This document shows positions 19,059-27,718 of a stretch of DNA of 64,000 nt, one piece after another (position 1 is the first letter of the stretch; each line of letters begins with the position of its first letter). The position numbers and the translations under genes are program-made. The notes under the pieces were generated by a model that saw only the letters and a list, made by a program, of their open reading frames with translations, did not search any database and had not been told where the DNA came from. The stretch comes from Marispirochaeta sp. (GTDB taxonomy: Bacteria > Spirochaetota > Spirochaetia > JC444 > Marispirochaetaceae): contig CAXXFF010000003.1 in the NCBI GenBank assembly GCA_963676835.2, positions 480,001 to 544,000 of the forward strand, in the 5' to 3' direction.

Positions 19059-19637
19059 ATGTCTGAAAAGGCCGAAGAGACACAGCAGCGAATTCTTACA
19101 GCTGCCCTGACTGCATTTTCAACAAAAGGCTACGCAAAAACAAGCATGAAGGATATCTGTGATGCCACAGGCTTAAGCAGAGGCGGACTGTACCGTCATT
19201 ACGGTTCTACCCGGGAAATTTTCATGGATCTTTTAGAAGGCGATAAAAACAAAACTGAAGGGGCCATACGCTCTGAACACCCCGGAGCGGCACGGGGTGA
19301 GGCTCTGTTTAACGCCTATCTGGATGCGAGCAGAGCTTCCATCTTTTCTTCCACCCGGGGACTCTATTTTGCAGTGCATGAGTTTGCTTTTATTGAACCG
19401 GAGATAAGGGAATTTCTTCAGGACCGCTATAAAGCCGCAGCATCCATGCTCAAGTCGATTCTCAGCCTGGGGCAGAAAGAAGGAAGCTTTCGCCTGGATT
19501 TTGATTCGGAGGAGATGGCGGTGCATATTCTGTTTTTAATTGACAGTTTTCAGACCACCTCCGCTATTCTTGAAATGCCCGAAGAAAAGATTGACAAACA
19601 GATTGATGTTATACGCTGCCTTGTACTAAAGACATAA
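19059..19637 (+). CDS. TetR/AcrR family regulator
   Basis: ILTAALTAFSTKGYAKTSMKDICDATGLSRGGLYRHY HTH. Confidence 0.92.
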   Translation: MSEKAEETQQRILTAALTAFSTKGYAKTSMKDICDATGLSRGGLYRHYGSTREIFMDLLEGDKNKTEGAIRSEHPGAARGEALFNAYLDASRASIFSSTRGLYFAVHEFAFIEPEIREFLQDRYKAAASMLKSILSLGQKEGSFRLDFDSEEMAVHILFLIDSFQTTSAILEMPEEKIDKQIDVIRCLVLKT

Positions 19638-19795
19638 GGCCACCTCTAAAAACTGCTCTTTTCTCCATATCCTGCGTCGTCAAGATCTCCCGCGGTCCAC
19701 TCCAGCTACTTAATCGAAGATTAAATAGCTGGGTGCGGACGCTATAACATCTATCCTCCTGGGCTAGGGCAAAAATTCTACGTTTTAAAGTGCCT
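19638..19795. mobile_element. MITE-like element, copy 1 (158 bp)
   Basis: Aligns in inverted orientation with 45641-45789; ends GGCCACCTCTAAAAAC / CGTTTTAAAGTGCCT; ATAA direct repeat on both flanks. Confidence 0.7.
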
Positions 19796-19918
19796 ATAAT
19801 TAACCTCAGGCGGCTAAAAAAGAGCCAGGAGGCAGAAAAAAACTTGAAAAAATGGAAAGTCTCAATTAAGGTGAATCAATTTATATAACTTATATTGTAA
19901 AACTTACCGGAGTTTCTT

Positions 19919-21526
19919 TTGAATATTATCAGCAGCAGGTTTTTACCAGTAAGGTTTCTATTTTTTATTCTTTTATCTTCAGCATTTTTCTCAGCTCATC
20001 TGTACTCAGATGAATGGCTTGATCAGTTTATAAAATACACGGATAACGGAAAAACCCTGCGCTATTTTCCCCGCTTTCACGAAGGCACCTGGACAGTGCC
20101 GGAGGGAGTGGAAAAGATCGGCAGGGGCGCTTTTGCCCAGTGCCTCTACATAACTGAGCTGAACCTCCCCTCCTCCCTGAAAGAGATAGATGAAAAAGCC
20201 TTCTACTTCTGTTACGGCCTTGAGTCTCTCAGTATTCCCGAAGGGGTCGAAAAGATCGGCGACTCGGCTTTTTACCGCTGTGAATCCCTTGAGACTATCA
20301 GCATCCCTCAATCGGTGAAAGAAATAGGCATCAATGCATTTTATGAGAGCGGGATTACTTCACTGACGGTCCCCGGCCGGGAGGTGAAACTGGGAAGCAG
20401 CCTGGTCAGCAACTGCGGAAAACTGGAAAAAGCTGATCTGCGCTATGCCGCAGAAATAGGGGATTACGCCTTTGAGGACTGCGACAGCCTTAAAGAAGTA
20501 TATCTGCCCGAGGGTATTTACTACTCAAATCTGGCAATTCCCGCCACCGCGGCGCTTCATCTGGTTTCGCCCGACGGTATCCACCGGGGCATTACCGCCT
20601 ATTCGACTATAGAAAAAGAGATTGATGATGACCGCAGCTATGCTGAACGGCTTATTAAGCGGAATAACAGCCCCGTGAAGGCTCTGCCGGGAGAAGAGGA
20701 AATTACCCGGAAGGACATTCAGGGCAGCTGGTTTGCGGACTATCGTAACGGTGAATATATCTCTCCCGGAGGAAGCGGCAGACTGGGGTTCTTTGGTCCC
20801 AACACCGGAGACAGCGGTACCTGCTTTATTTTCAACCGGGACAATACCTGTGTTACCGGGGTTTTTGCTTCCGGGGCATCCAGCGGCGGAACCTACGAGG
20901 TAGGAGACAAGCAGATCGATTGCAAAATGGTCAGCTACGCAGTGGATGAAGATGCTGAATACGATGGTCCCCAATATTACTACAACACCTTTATTCCGGT
21001 ACTGCTGGATAAGACTCATCTTCAGCTTGAAGACCGGGAGAACGGATACTGGTATATCTGCTCCCTCCACGATGAAGAGCTTCGGGAAACCCTGCTGAAT
21101 GATACAACTGCTAGGGCATTTAAAATACTGGTACTGGGAAAACAATACCTGGGCTGTACTTTTGCGTCGGAAGAAACTCTACTGATGCAGGCGGTGAAGC
21201 AGACAAACCCGGCTGCAGTTGAATGGCTGCTTGGCAATATGAAACAGGATATTAACGCTCAGAACATGTACGGGATGACAGCCCTCCACTACGCCATGAG
21301 ATATAAAGAGGACAATGAGGATACGCAGAGAATTCTCGATCTGCTCCTTGAAAACGGAGCAGAGGTGAATCAGCTTGATGACTACGGCCAGACCCCGCTG
21401 GATTATTCCCTGTATGACTACCCCGCCAGCTACTATAACGAAAATCTGCGCAGGGCTCTTGCAGAAGCCGGTGGAAAAAGCAGCAGACAACGCTGGGCAC
21501 AGCATATGACCCGGCAGGATTTTTAG
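19919..21526 (+). CDS. Secreted BspA-type leucine-rich repeat (LRR_5) + ankyrin repeat protein
   Basis: Signal peptide; IPEGVEKIGDSAFYRCESL repeats; GMTALHYA...LLLENGAEVNQLDDYGQTPLDY. Confidence 0.85.
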   Translation: MNIISSRFLPVRFLFFILLSSAFFSAHLYSDEWLDQFIKYTDNGKTLRYFPRFHEGTWTVPEGVEKIGRGAFAQCLYITELNLPSSLKEIDEKAFYFCYGLESLSIPEGVEKIGDSAFYRCESLETISIPQSVKEIGINAFYESGITSLTVPGREVKLGSSLVSNCGKLEKADLRYAAEIGDYAFEDCDSLKEVYLPEGIYYSNLAIPATAALHLVSPDGIHRGITAYSTIEKEIDDDRSYAERLIKRNNSPVKALPGEEEITRKDIQGSWFADYRNGEYISPGGSGRLGFFGPNTGDSGTCFIFNRDNTCVTGVFASGASSGGTYEVGDKQIDCKMVSYAVDEDAEYDGPQYYYNTFIPVLLDKTHLQLEDRENGYWYICSLHDEELRETLLNDTTARAFKILVLGKQYLGCTFASEETLLMQAVKQTNPAAVEWLLGNMKQDINAQNMYGMTALHYAMRYKEDNEDTQRILDLLLENGAEVNQLDDYGQTPLDYSLYDYPASYYNENLRRALAEAGGKSSRQRWAQHMTRQDF

Positions 21527-21566
21527 ACATCGTATAGGCAAAGTGCAGCCAAAGAGAGATACAAAC

Positions 21567-22058
21567 ATGAAATATTATATATTTACAGTCCTGCTGATAA
21601 TTGCCTCTATCCTGCCCGCATTCGGAGACGAACCTTCTCTGCTTCCCGAAGAGTATTCGGTGGGTGAAATTATGCGCCTGTCGCCCTATCCTCCTGTGCA
21701 GGAATCAAGTGGTAAAGATAAGACAATTATACTGACAACCGAATTGGGAGAAGCCTATTACCCCGTGGATTTACGGGTTATCTATGAAAACGGTGCCGCC
21801 GCCGACTACCATTCAGAGAAAGATGACGGACGGATTAATCTGGAATATGATAAAAAAATAAGCCTGGTAATCCTGATGCAGTGGGGAAATGAATCTACCG
21901 GAGAAATTATAAATCTTGAGCCGGAAGAACTGGAGAAAGCTCAGCTGCTATCGGTAGACGGAGGCCGTCTACCCATGGTCGTAGACCTGCGACCTTTCGA
22001 GGCCGATACCTACTGGATTGTTATAGAGAGCGGATTCTCTGTAATGGGCTTTTTTTAA
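21567..22058 (+). CDS. Hypothetical secreted protein
   Basis: MKYYIF...LPAFG signal peptide; acidic mature region. Confidence 0.7.
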   Translation: MKYYIFTVLLIIASILPAFGDEPSLLPEEYSVGEIMRLSPYPPVQESSGKDKTIILTTELGEAYYPVDLRVIYENGAAADYHSEKDDGRINLEYDKKISLVILMQWGNESTGEIINLEPEELEKAQLLSVDGGRLPMVVDLRPFEADTYWIVIESGFSVMGFF

Positions 22059-22096
22059 TCCCTTTGAATTTTGAGAATAGGAGCGGGGAATAGTAA

Positions 22097-23662
22097 TTGA
22101 AGCATAGAAGCAAGTTTACAACGGTATTTCTTTTCCCCGTTTCTCCGCGTTTTATCCCGATTCTTTCTTCTTTTCTTTTCTCTGCATTGTTCTCATTTTT
22201 ATTTCCTCTGTTTTTTCTTACAGGATGCAGTGATACCAGGCCCTCATTGTATGTTCATGACCGCCATGGGGAATCGTATATACCGGTAAAATTGTGGGCG
22301 GAGGAAAATCCCGGGCTGGTTCTGATTCTGCTGGATTATCACCACGATACCGGCCCGGGGCCTGCATTGAATGACAAGATACCGCCTGCAAGCTTCAACT
22401 GGGTTGGTGCGATGATCAGTGAACATCTGATAGATACGGTACTCTGGGTTTCGGGAAATGAGTTAGAGCTGCCCAATATCAATGCCCGGAAGGCATGGCT
22501 GGAACGAAAAATTTCCCGGGACCCGCCTGAGATTGCTCAAATGAAAAGAGATGCAGTACACATACTTACCTGGGAGGATCTTCCCCGGGCTGTTGCAGAA
22601 TCAAGAGAGTCACAAAAGCAGAAAAGGCCGATGGCGGTAACAATAGATCTGGATATTCTTACCATTGATCCAGGTACTGATCCTGATAAGTTCCTGAAAG
22701 AGATTCTTGAGACCAGTGTGGCACTGAAACCTGTTGGAATTACCCTGGCACTTTCCGCCGCCTACCAGCCGGAACCGGAACAGGCCTGGAAATGGCTGAC
22801 CCAGAGCTATGCTTTTCTTGCTGAAGAGTGCAGTACCCCCGTCTGGGCAGCGGGAACCTGGGAATCTGCTGCGGAAAGCCTGGAGGAAAAGACAAGCTGG
22901 GCAGCATGGAGGAATACGCCTGTATTTATAGATTTCGGCAAAACCTTCGCCCCCGGAGCAGAGCTGTGGAACCACGCGCCGGCATCCTTCTGGGATAACC
23001 TCCTGGAAACCATTCCCACAGGATCAGATGAAACCGGCAGATATCTTTCCAATCTGCTGAATACAACAAAACAAAACCTGACAGATCTATCAGAGATTTT
23101 CCCCGAGCCACGATTTCAGGCAATAAAAGAATCCGCCCGGGAGACTGTTCAGCAGACCTGGTATGGAACAGCATGTGGAGAATCTTCCGGAAGAGAGCCT
23201 CCACTCCCTGTTTCTCAGGTTTCGGATAGCAGCTATGGCCTGGCAATCCGTTATATACGGAAAACTGAAGACCGTGGCTGCTTTGCACTCTACCAGGGTT
23301 TAGAGTGCCCTGAAGATGCTGCTGGATACATTTCCCGGGAAGCGGGCTTTACTGATCCCAGATATTCCGCAATAAGTGCTGCTGAGGCCGAAGAACTCGA
23401 TATAGAAATAAGTATTTTTGCAGATTTTGAAATGGTCACAGATCCTTTTGATTTTGTCCCCGGTATACATTCCCTTGTAGCTGAATATGATGGAGGGAGA
23501 ACACTCCTTCAGGCCGGCATTGCGGCGGAAAGAGATTTTTCCCGCAAACAGTTTCTGGATACCCTCGCAAGGAAAGCCGGTTTGGAAAACCTGGATGCCA
23601 TGCCCGACCCACTTTTCAGCCGTGCCGTAACCCTGTATCAGCGCTCTCCTTTCCTGGATTAA
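22097..23662 (+). CDS. UPF0489-like domain fused to AMMECR1 domain; probable lipoprotein
   Basis: FLTGC lipobox-like; HDRH, LLDYHHD, FNWV, IDLDIL; C-terminal DRGCF, DPRY, LDIEISIF, FVPGIHSL, FLDTLARKAGL; start uncertain. Confidence 0.75.
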   Translation: MKHRSKFTTVFLFPVSPRFIPILSSFLFSALFSFLFPLFFLTGCSDTRPSLYVHDRHGESYIPVKLWAEENPGLVLILLDYHHDTGPGPALNDKIPPASFNWVGAMISEHLIDTVLWVSGNELELPNINARKAWLERKISRDPPEIAQMKRDAVHILTWEDLPRAVAESRESQKQKRPMAVTIDLDILTIDPGTDPDKFLKEILETSVALKPVGITLALSAAYQPEPEQAWKWLTQSYAFLAEECSTPVWAAGTWESAAESLEEKTSWAAWRNTPVFIDFGKTFAPGAELWNHAPASFWDNLLETIPTGSDETGRYLSNLLNTTKQNLTDLSEIFPEPRFQAIKESARETVQQTWYGTACGESSGREPPLPVSQVSDSSYGLAIRYIRKTEDRGCFALYQGLECPEDAAGYISREAGFTDPRYSAISAAEAEELDIEISIFADFEMVTDPFDFVPGIHSLVAEYDGGRTLLQAGIAAERDFSRKQFLDTLARKAGLENLDAMPDPLFSRAVTLYQRSPFLD

Positions 23663-23673
23663 TTACAGGGCAC

Positions 23674-24603
23674 CTATTTAGTAAACCTGCCAAGAAGAGT
23701 AAAAAAGTAGCTGGTAATGTCCTGTTCTCCTTCACCGGAGATAAGATATGAGTTGCTGTTACTCAGAACAGAACTCCTGGAACCGGGAAATCTTTCAGCC
23801 AGCCGTCCGTAGATATACATCCCCGGCCTGTTATCACAGCCGGCGAACACCCATGAATCACCATCGGGACTCATAAGAAAATCCCTGCTGAGAGCATCCT
23901 TTCTTTGTGTACTGTCACTGTTTCCATGATGGGAAAAATCGCTGGAGACAAGCAGGAAAATATCCTCTTCCTCGAGGACTGAACAAACAGCCTCACAGAT
24001 ACTCTGCACTCTGCCCACATTTACCGGCGGTTCACCCGGAACAGCCAGAACACTTACCCGGGCCTTGGGAAAATACCGTTTTATAAAAGGCATAAAAACT
24101 GCCACGCCGTGTTCATAAAGAAAGGCCGTATCATTAGGGCGAATATGCAGATTTTCAATTATGGCCAGGGAAAGGGGTTTACTGTTTTCAACAGCTCCCC
24201 CGGGGGTATTCCAGCTTCCCAGGGTGCTTACCGCCTCCTGCTCATCTAAATCCCAATGAAGGGGGCTTATAATTAGAAAGGTTGAAACCTCCCGGAGCTC
24301 TTTAAGATCCGAAAAAAAGCGGTCTATCATGCTCCCCGCAAGCAGGTGGTGACTGGCAATACCTGCAACGGGATAAAGGTCAGGGGGCGGCTGAACCCAG
24401 GTATATTCTTCAATAAGCGGATAGCTGTCCCCCCGGCTTTCCCAGGTGGTAAAAATCGTACCGGTTTCCCTCTGCTGCTCTTTTGAACCATTAACCTTTT
24501 CTGCGTCAGGCTTTTCCGGCAGAGTTACCTGCCGGGTACAGCCGGACAAAAAACAGTTAAGGATAATGAGACAGCTGAGAATCAGCATAGAATACTGCCT
24601 CAA
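23674..24603 (-). CDS. amrB: Memo/AmmeMemoRadiSam system protein B homologue with lipoprotein signal
   Basis: FLSGC lipobox; GIASHH, ISPLH, WNTPGG, YEHG, VSSDFSHH, ITSYF. Confidence 0.85.
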   Translation of the reverse strand: MRQYSMLILSCLIILNCFLSGCTRQVTLPEKPDAEKVNGSKEQQRETGTIFTTWESRGDSYPLIEEYTWVQPPPDLYPVAGIASHHLLAGSMIDRFFSDLKELREVSTFLIISPLHWDLDEQEAVSTLGSWNTPGGAVENSKPLSLAIIENLHIRPNDTAFLYEHGVAVFMPFIKRYFPKARVSVLAVPGEPPVNVGRVQSICEAVCSVLEEEDIFLLVSSDFSHHGNSDSTQRKDALSRDFLMSPDGDSWVFAGCDNRPGMYIYGRLAERFPGSRSSVLSNSNSYLISGEGEQDITSYFFTLLGRFTK

Positions 24604-27314
24604 CGGGGATCCAGGGTTATACCTTCCATCCAGAAGGGCAAACGTTCCGCAAGGTCGGCATCCTCTTCATAAACCTCACGGCGCCACTCTTCATTGGTCA
24701 TTCTATCAGTATAAGGCACGGTAAACTCGTAGTAACTGAACCCGTAGCCCTGGGCTATCCGCTTGCCTCCCTGGCCGTCGTTGAGAGCAATATAGAGTCT
24801 GTGAGGAATTCCTGTTGCAGTCTCCAGAGCCAGCCCCTGTTCCATGTTGGTGAATACATCAGCAATAACAGCTCCCCGCAGACTGTCGGGATCATCGGAA
24901 TACATGCTGTAATCGGCTCCCGGAGGTACCACCAGCTTGCTCAGCTGTTTAGGTACAGTTCGTATCCACTGCAGATCCTCAGTAGATACCGCAGCATCGT
25001 TATACTCCTGTTCCACGATTTTGAGACTACGGGTAAAGATCTGTTCAAGCTGAGTTGACCTGTTCCGGAACTCTTCATCCTGGAGCTGGTAATTATTGGC
25101 GATCTTTGCCAGGTGTTTGATACTGTTCCGCGCCCCCCGGAAGTAGGCCAGGTTCGGTTCGATGTAGTGAACCGGCTTCGGCAGAGGATCAACCCTGTAG
25201 GTGGGTTCATAGTCGCCATCCCCTGCCCGTTCCGCATACACCTGTTTAACATACAGAATGGTATCGTGACGCAGGGCGGCCCAGGTTCCGTGAGCTGCAA
25301 GCTGGCTTTTTATGCCCCATTGGGGGGATTCGGTAAAATAGAAACCGCTGCCTGGTTCAAATAATGCCTGAGTCTTGATCTGGTAGAGAACCTGATTGTA
25401 GTAAGTTTCGGTCCAGATATCCGGCTCCATTGCTGAAATATGATCCGCAATGGATGCAATCAGTTCTTCAAGACCGGGCATAACAGGATAGTCACTCTGC
25501 TGAAGCAGATAATCCGCAGTGGTAGAGCCGAAAGCTCGAGTTATATCCAGCCCCCGGACAATATCCCTGGGCATAAATCGTGGTGGTGATACAAACTGAT
25601 GTATGTATGAATCCCAGGTAAAACGCTGGCCGAACAGTCTCCAACCCATGGGTGGATTCTCATAATCTTCGGATGGAGCGTCAAAAACTGAGTTACCGGA
25701 AATTACCGGGGGCCGGAGCTCCTCATGGGCTTTGTTTACCGCAGCAATAATATTAGATTCCTGCTCAAGCCAGAAAGGGAGATCTAATATCCCGAGCTCT
25801 TCATAAAAGGGAAGCAAATCATAAAATGAGAGGTCATCACTCATACCGATAAGAGCGGTAATGGGATCGAACAGCTCTTTCCAGGATGCAAGCAGGGTAT
25901 CCTGATTATCCCGCACCAGCTCTGTGAGTACCGCGACCATGGGGAAATGGCGGACAGACAGCTCTTCGGCAGTATCCTGCGGAACAGGAGATCCGTCCAG
26001 GGGCAGAGGAAGTGTTTTACCCGCAGAAATGTAGCTGTGGATTCTGCCGTACCACATCATGGCTCTGAAATAAGTTTCGAGAATACCGTTTTTAGTATAA
26101 TGACCCCGGGCCTTATACTGGGAGTAATCTTCCCTGTACCCGAAATTCGGGGAAATCTCCATGCCTTCAGCTGCAAGAATAAGCTTTACTTCGATAACCA
26201 CTGAATCCGGGTAGCCCTTAAGCACATGATTCTCATCGAAAGAAGCATATGTGACTGCGGTGCGTCCATATTCATCCTCATGACGGTGCCTTTCCGGAGC
26301 CAGGTCGAGGAGAGCCTGGGCAACCTGAAAGTAGCTTACGGCCCTTTCCAGGGCTTCCCCGTAGACGGTATCTTCTGTCGCTTCTGCAGCTTTATTCTCC
26401 AGGAGCCGGAGAAAATCGCGATTAAATTCGGTCAGCCTGCGGAGAAGGTAGTTTTCTTCAATAAACTGCAGGTACTTGTCAAAATAGAGATGAAGACTGT
26501 TGGCATACACATCGGTGGTCAGGAAAAGGGGAATCTGTTTATCTTTTGCATCCTGAATATACAGGGCGAGCATATCATCAGGCTGGTCCAGGGAGAGCCG
26601 GTACTCGCCCGGATTAACCCGCTGAAAGGCAATACGGTCTGATTCAAGCCGTTCCTTTACTCCCGGAGAAAGAGGGTCAAGGCCGATGAAGGAGGGAAAC
26701 AGCCCGGATTCCGCCTGCTCGGAATAGAGCTCGGCCAGAATGGCATTCACCTCCGCTGATTCACCGATACCGGCAAGATCCGCTCCGAAAACCGTCCCGG
26801 CTTGCCCGTCGAGTTCCACTGCGTAAAAATAGTTATAATTATTCTGAAACTTGAAAAGGCCGTAGTACTCTTCGTCGGAGTTTTTGATCTTTTCAAGGAG
26901 CTGCAGATGTGTTCCTTTGGGAATGGCAGTCCCTGCCGGCAGACCGGCAAGATCATCCGTTGATACAGGCTGAAAACCGGGATAGAAGAGTGCCATCGAA
27001 CTGCCGATAACACCGGAAGCGGCGTAGGCGGGTATGTTCAGATCACGGAAATCGGTAGGATCATCCAGATACTGCTTATGTCCCGCAGGGCTTCCGGGAA
27101 TGGGCTGTACTTCAAAATCAAGCACAATGGGTTCTGGTTTCTCAACTTCAATATTCTCTTCAGGCTGGTCAGCCTCTTCAGCAAAGGCTGCAGGCTGTTC
27201 CTGAGCCGGCTCCTCTGTAATCATCTCCTGCACCGTGTCTTTAGAACAGGAAAGGAAGGAGACGCCGGGAAGAACAGTAAACACAAGCAATAACATTAAT
27301 AATGATTTTTTCAT
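24600..27314 (-). CDS. DUF3160 domain lipoprotein
   Basis: FLSCS lipobox; FLTTD, DYSQYKARGHYT, YFRAMMWYGR, FGQRFT.DS, WAALRHDTILYVKQ, YIEPN, IADVFT, SYYEF, RMTNEEWR. Confidence 0.88.
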   Translation of the reverse strand: MKKSLLMLLLVFTVLPGVSFLSCSKDTVQEMITEEPAQEQPAAFAEEADQPEENIEVEKPEPIVLDFEVQPIPGSPAGHKQYLDDPTDFRDLNIPAYAASGVIGSSMALFYPGFQPVSTDDLAGLPAGTAIPKGTHLQLLEKIKNSDEEYYGLFKFQNNYNYFYAVELDGQAGTVFGADLAGIGESAEVNAILAELYSEQAESGLFPSFIGLDPLSPGVKERLESDRIAFQRVNPGEYRLSLDQPDDMLALYIQDAKDKQIPLFLTTDVYANSLHLYFDKYLQFIEENYLLRRLTEFNRDFLRLLENKAAEATEDTVYGEALERAVSYFQVAQALLDLAPERHRHEDEYGRTAVTYASFDENHVLKGYPDSVVIEVKLILAAEGMEISPNFGYREDYSQYKARGHYTKNGILETYFRAMMWYGRIHSYISAGKTLPLPLDGSPVPQDTAEELSVRHFPMVAVLTELVRDNQDTLLASWKELFDPITALIGMSDDLSFYDLLPFYEELGILDLPFWLEQESNIIAAVNKAHEELRPPVISGNSVFDAPSEDYENPPMGWRLFGQRFTWDSYIHQFVSPPRFMPRDIVRGLDITRAFGSTTADYLLQQSDYPVMPGLEELIASIADHISAMEPDIWTETYYNQVLYQIKTQALFEPGSGFYFTESPQWGIKSQLAAHGTWAALRHDTILYVKQVYAERAGDGDYEPTYRVDPLPKPVHYIEPNLAYFRGARNSIKHLAKIANNYQLQDEEFRNRSTQLEQIFTRSLKIVEQEYNDAAVSTEDLQWIRTVPKQLSKLVVPPGADYSMYSDDPDSLRGAVIADVFTNMEQGLALETATGIPHRLYIALNDGQGGKRIAQGYGFSYYEFTVPYTDRMTNEEWRREVYEEDADLAERLPFWMEGITLDPR

Positions 27315-27391
27315 GAAGAACTCCTGTTTTTTATCACTGTACTATATCAGATTTTATTTACTTCACCAGAGCATTTCATTATTTTCCACCA

Positions 27392-27718
27392 ATGGTTAAT
27401 CTCAATTCTCTGACTGATGTGAAGGATTTTGTCTCTACCCATCCCATGACACTTCTCTATATGAGCCGTCCGGACTGCGGTGTGTGTACGGCCATTAAGC
27501 CGAAGGTAATAGAAATGCTGGAATCTTTCCCGAAAATTGAGTCAGCTTATGTGAATCTCGACGTGATACCGGAGGCTGCGGGAGAATATTCCGTATTTAC
27601 CATACCGGCGGTTCTTGTGTATGCCGACGGAAAGGAACTGGTTCGGGAAGCCCGTTATATCAGTATGGATGATCTTGAAGGGAAAATTGCCCGCCCCTAC
27701 GGGCTACTTTTTGAATAA
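27392..27718 (+). CDS. Thioredoxin family protein
   Basis: CGVC motif, VFTIP, DGKE. Confidence 0.88.
   Translation: MVNLNSLTDVKDFVSTHPMTLLYMSRPDCGVCTAIKPKVIEMLESFPKIESAYVNLDVIPEAAGEYSVFTIPAVLVYADGKELVREARYISMDDLEGKIARPYGLLFE

Noticed and set aside
23664..23676. TACAGGGCACCT (and GGCACCGCTAAAA at 17110) as MITE-end scars
   Set aside because: Matches are too short to distinguish from chance.
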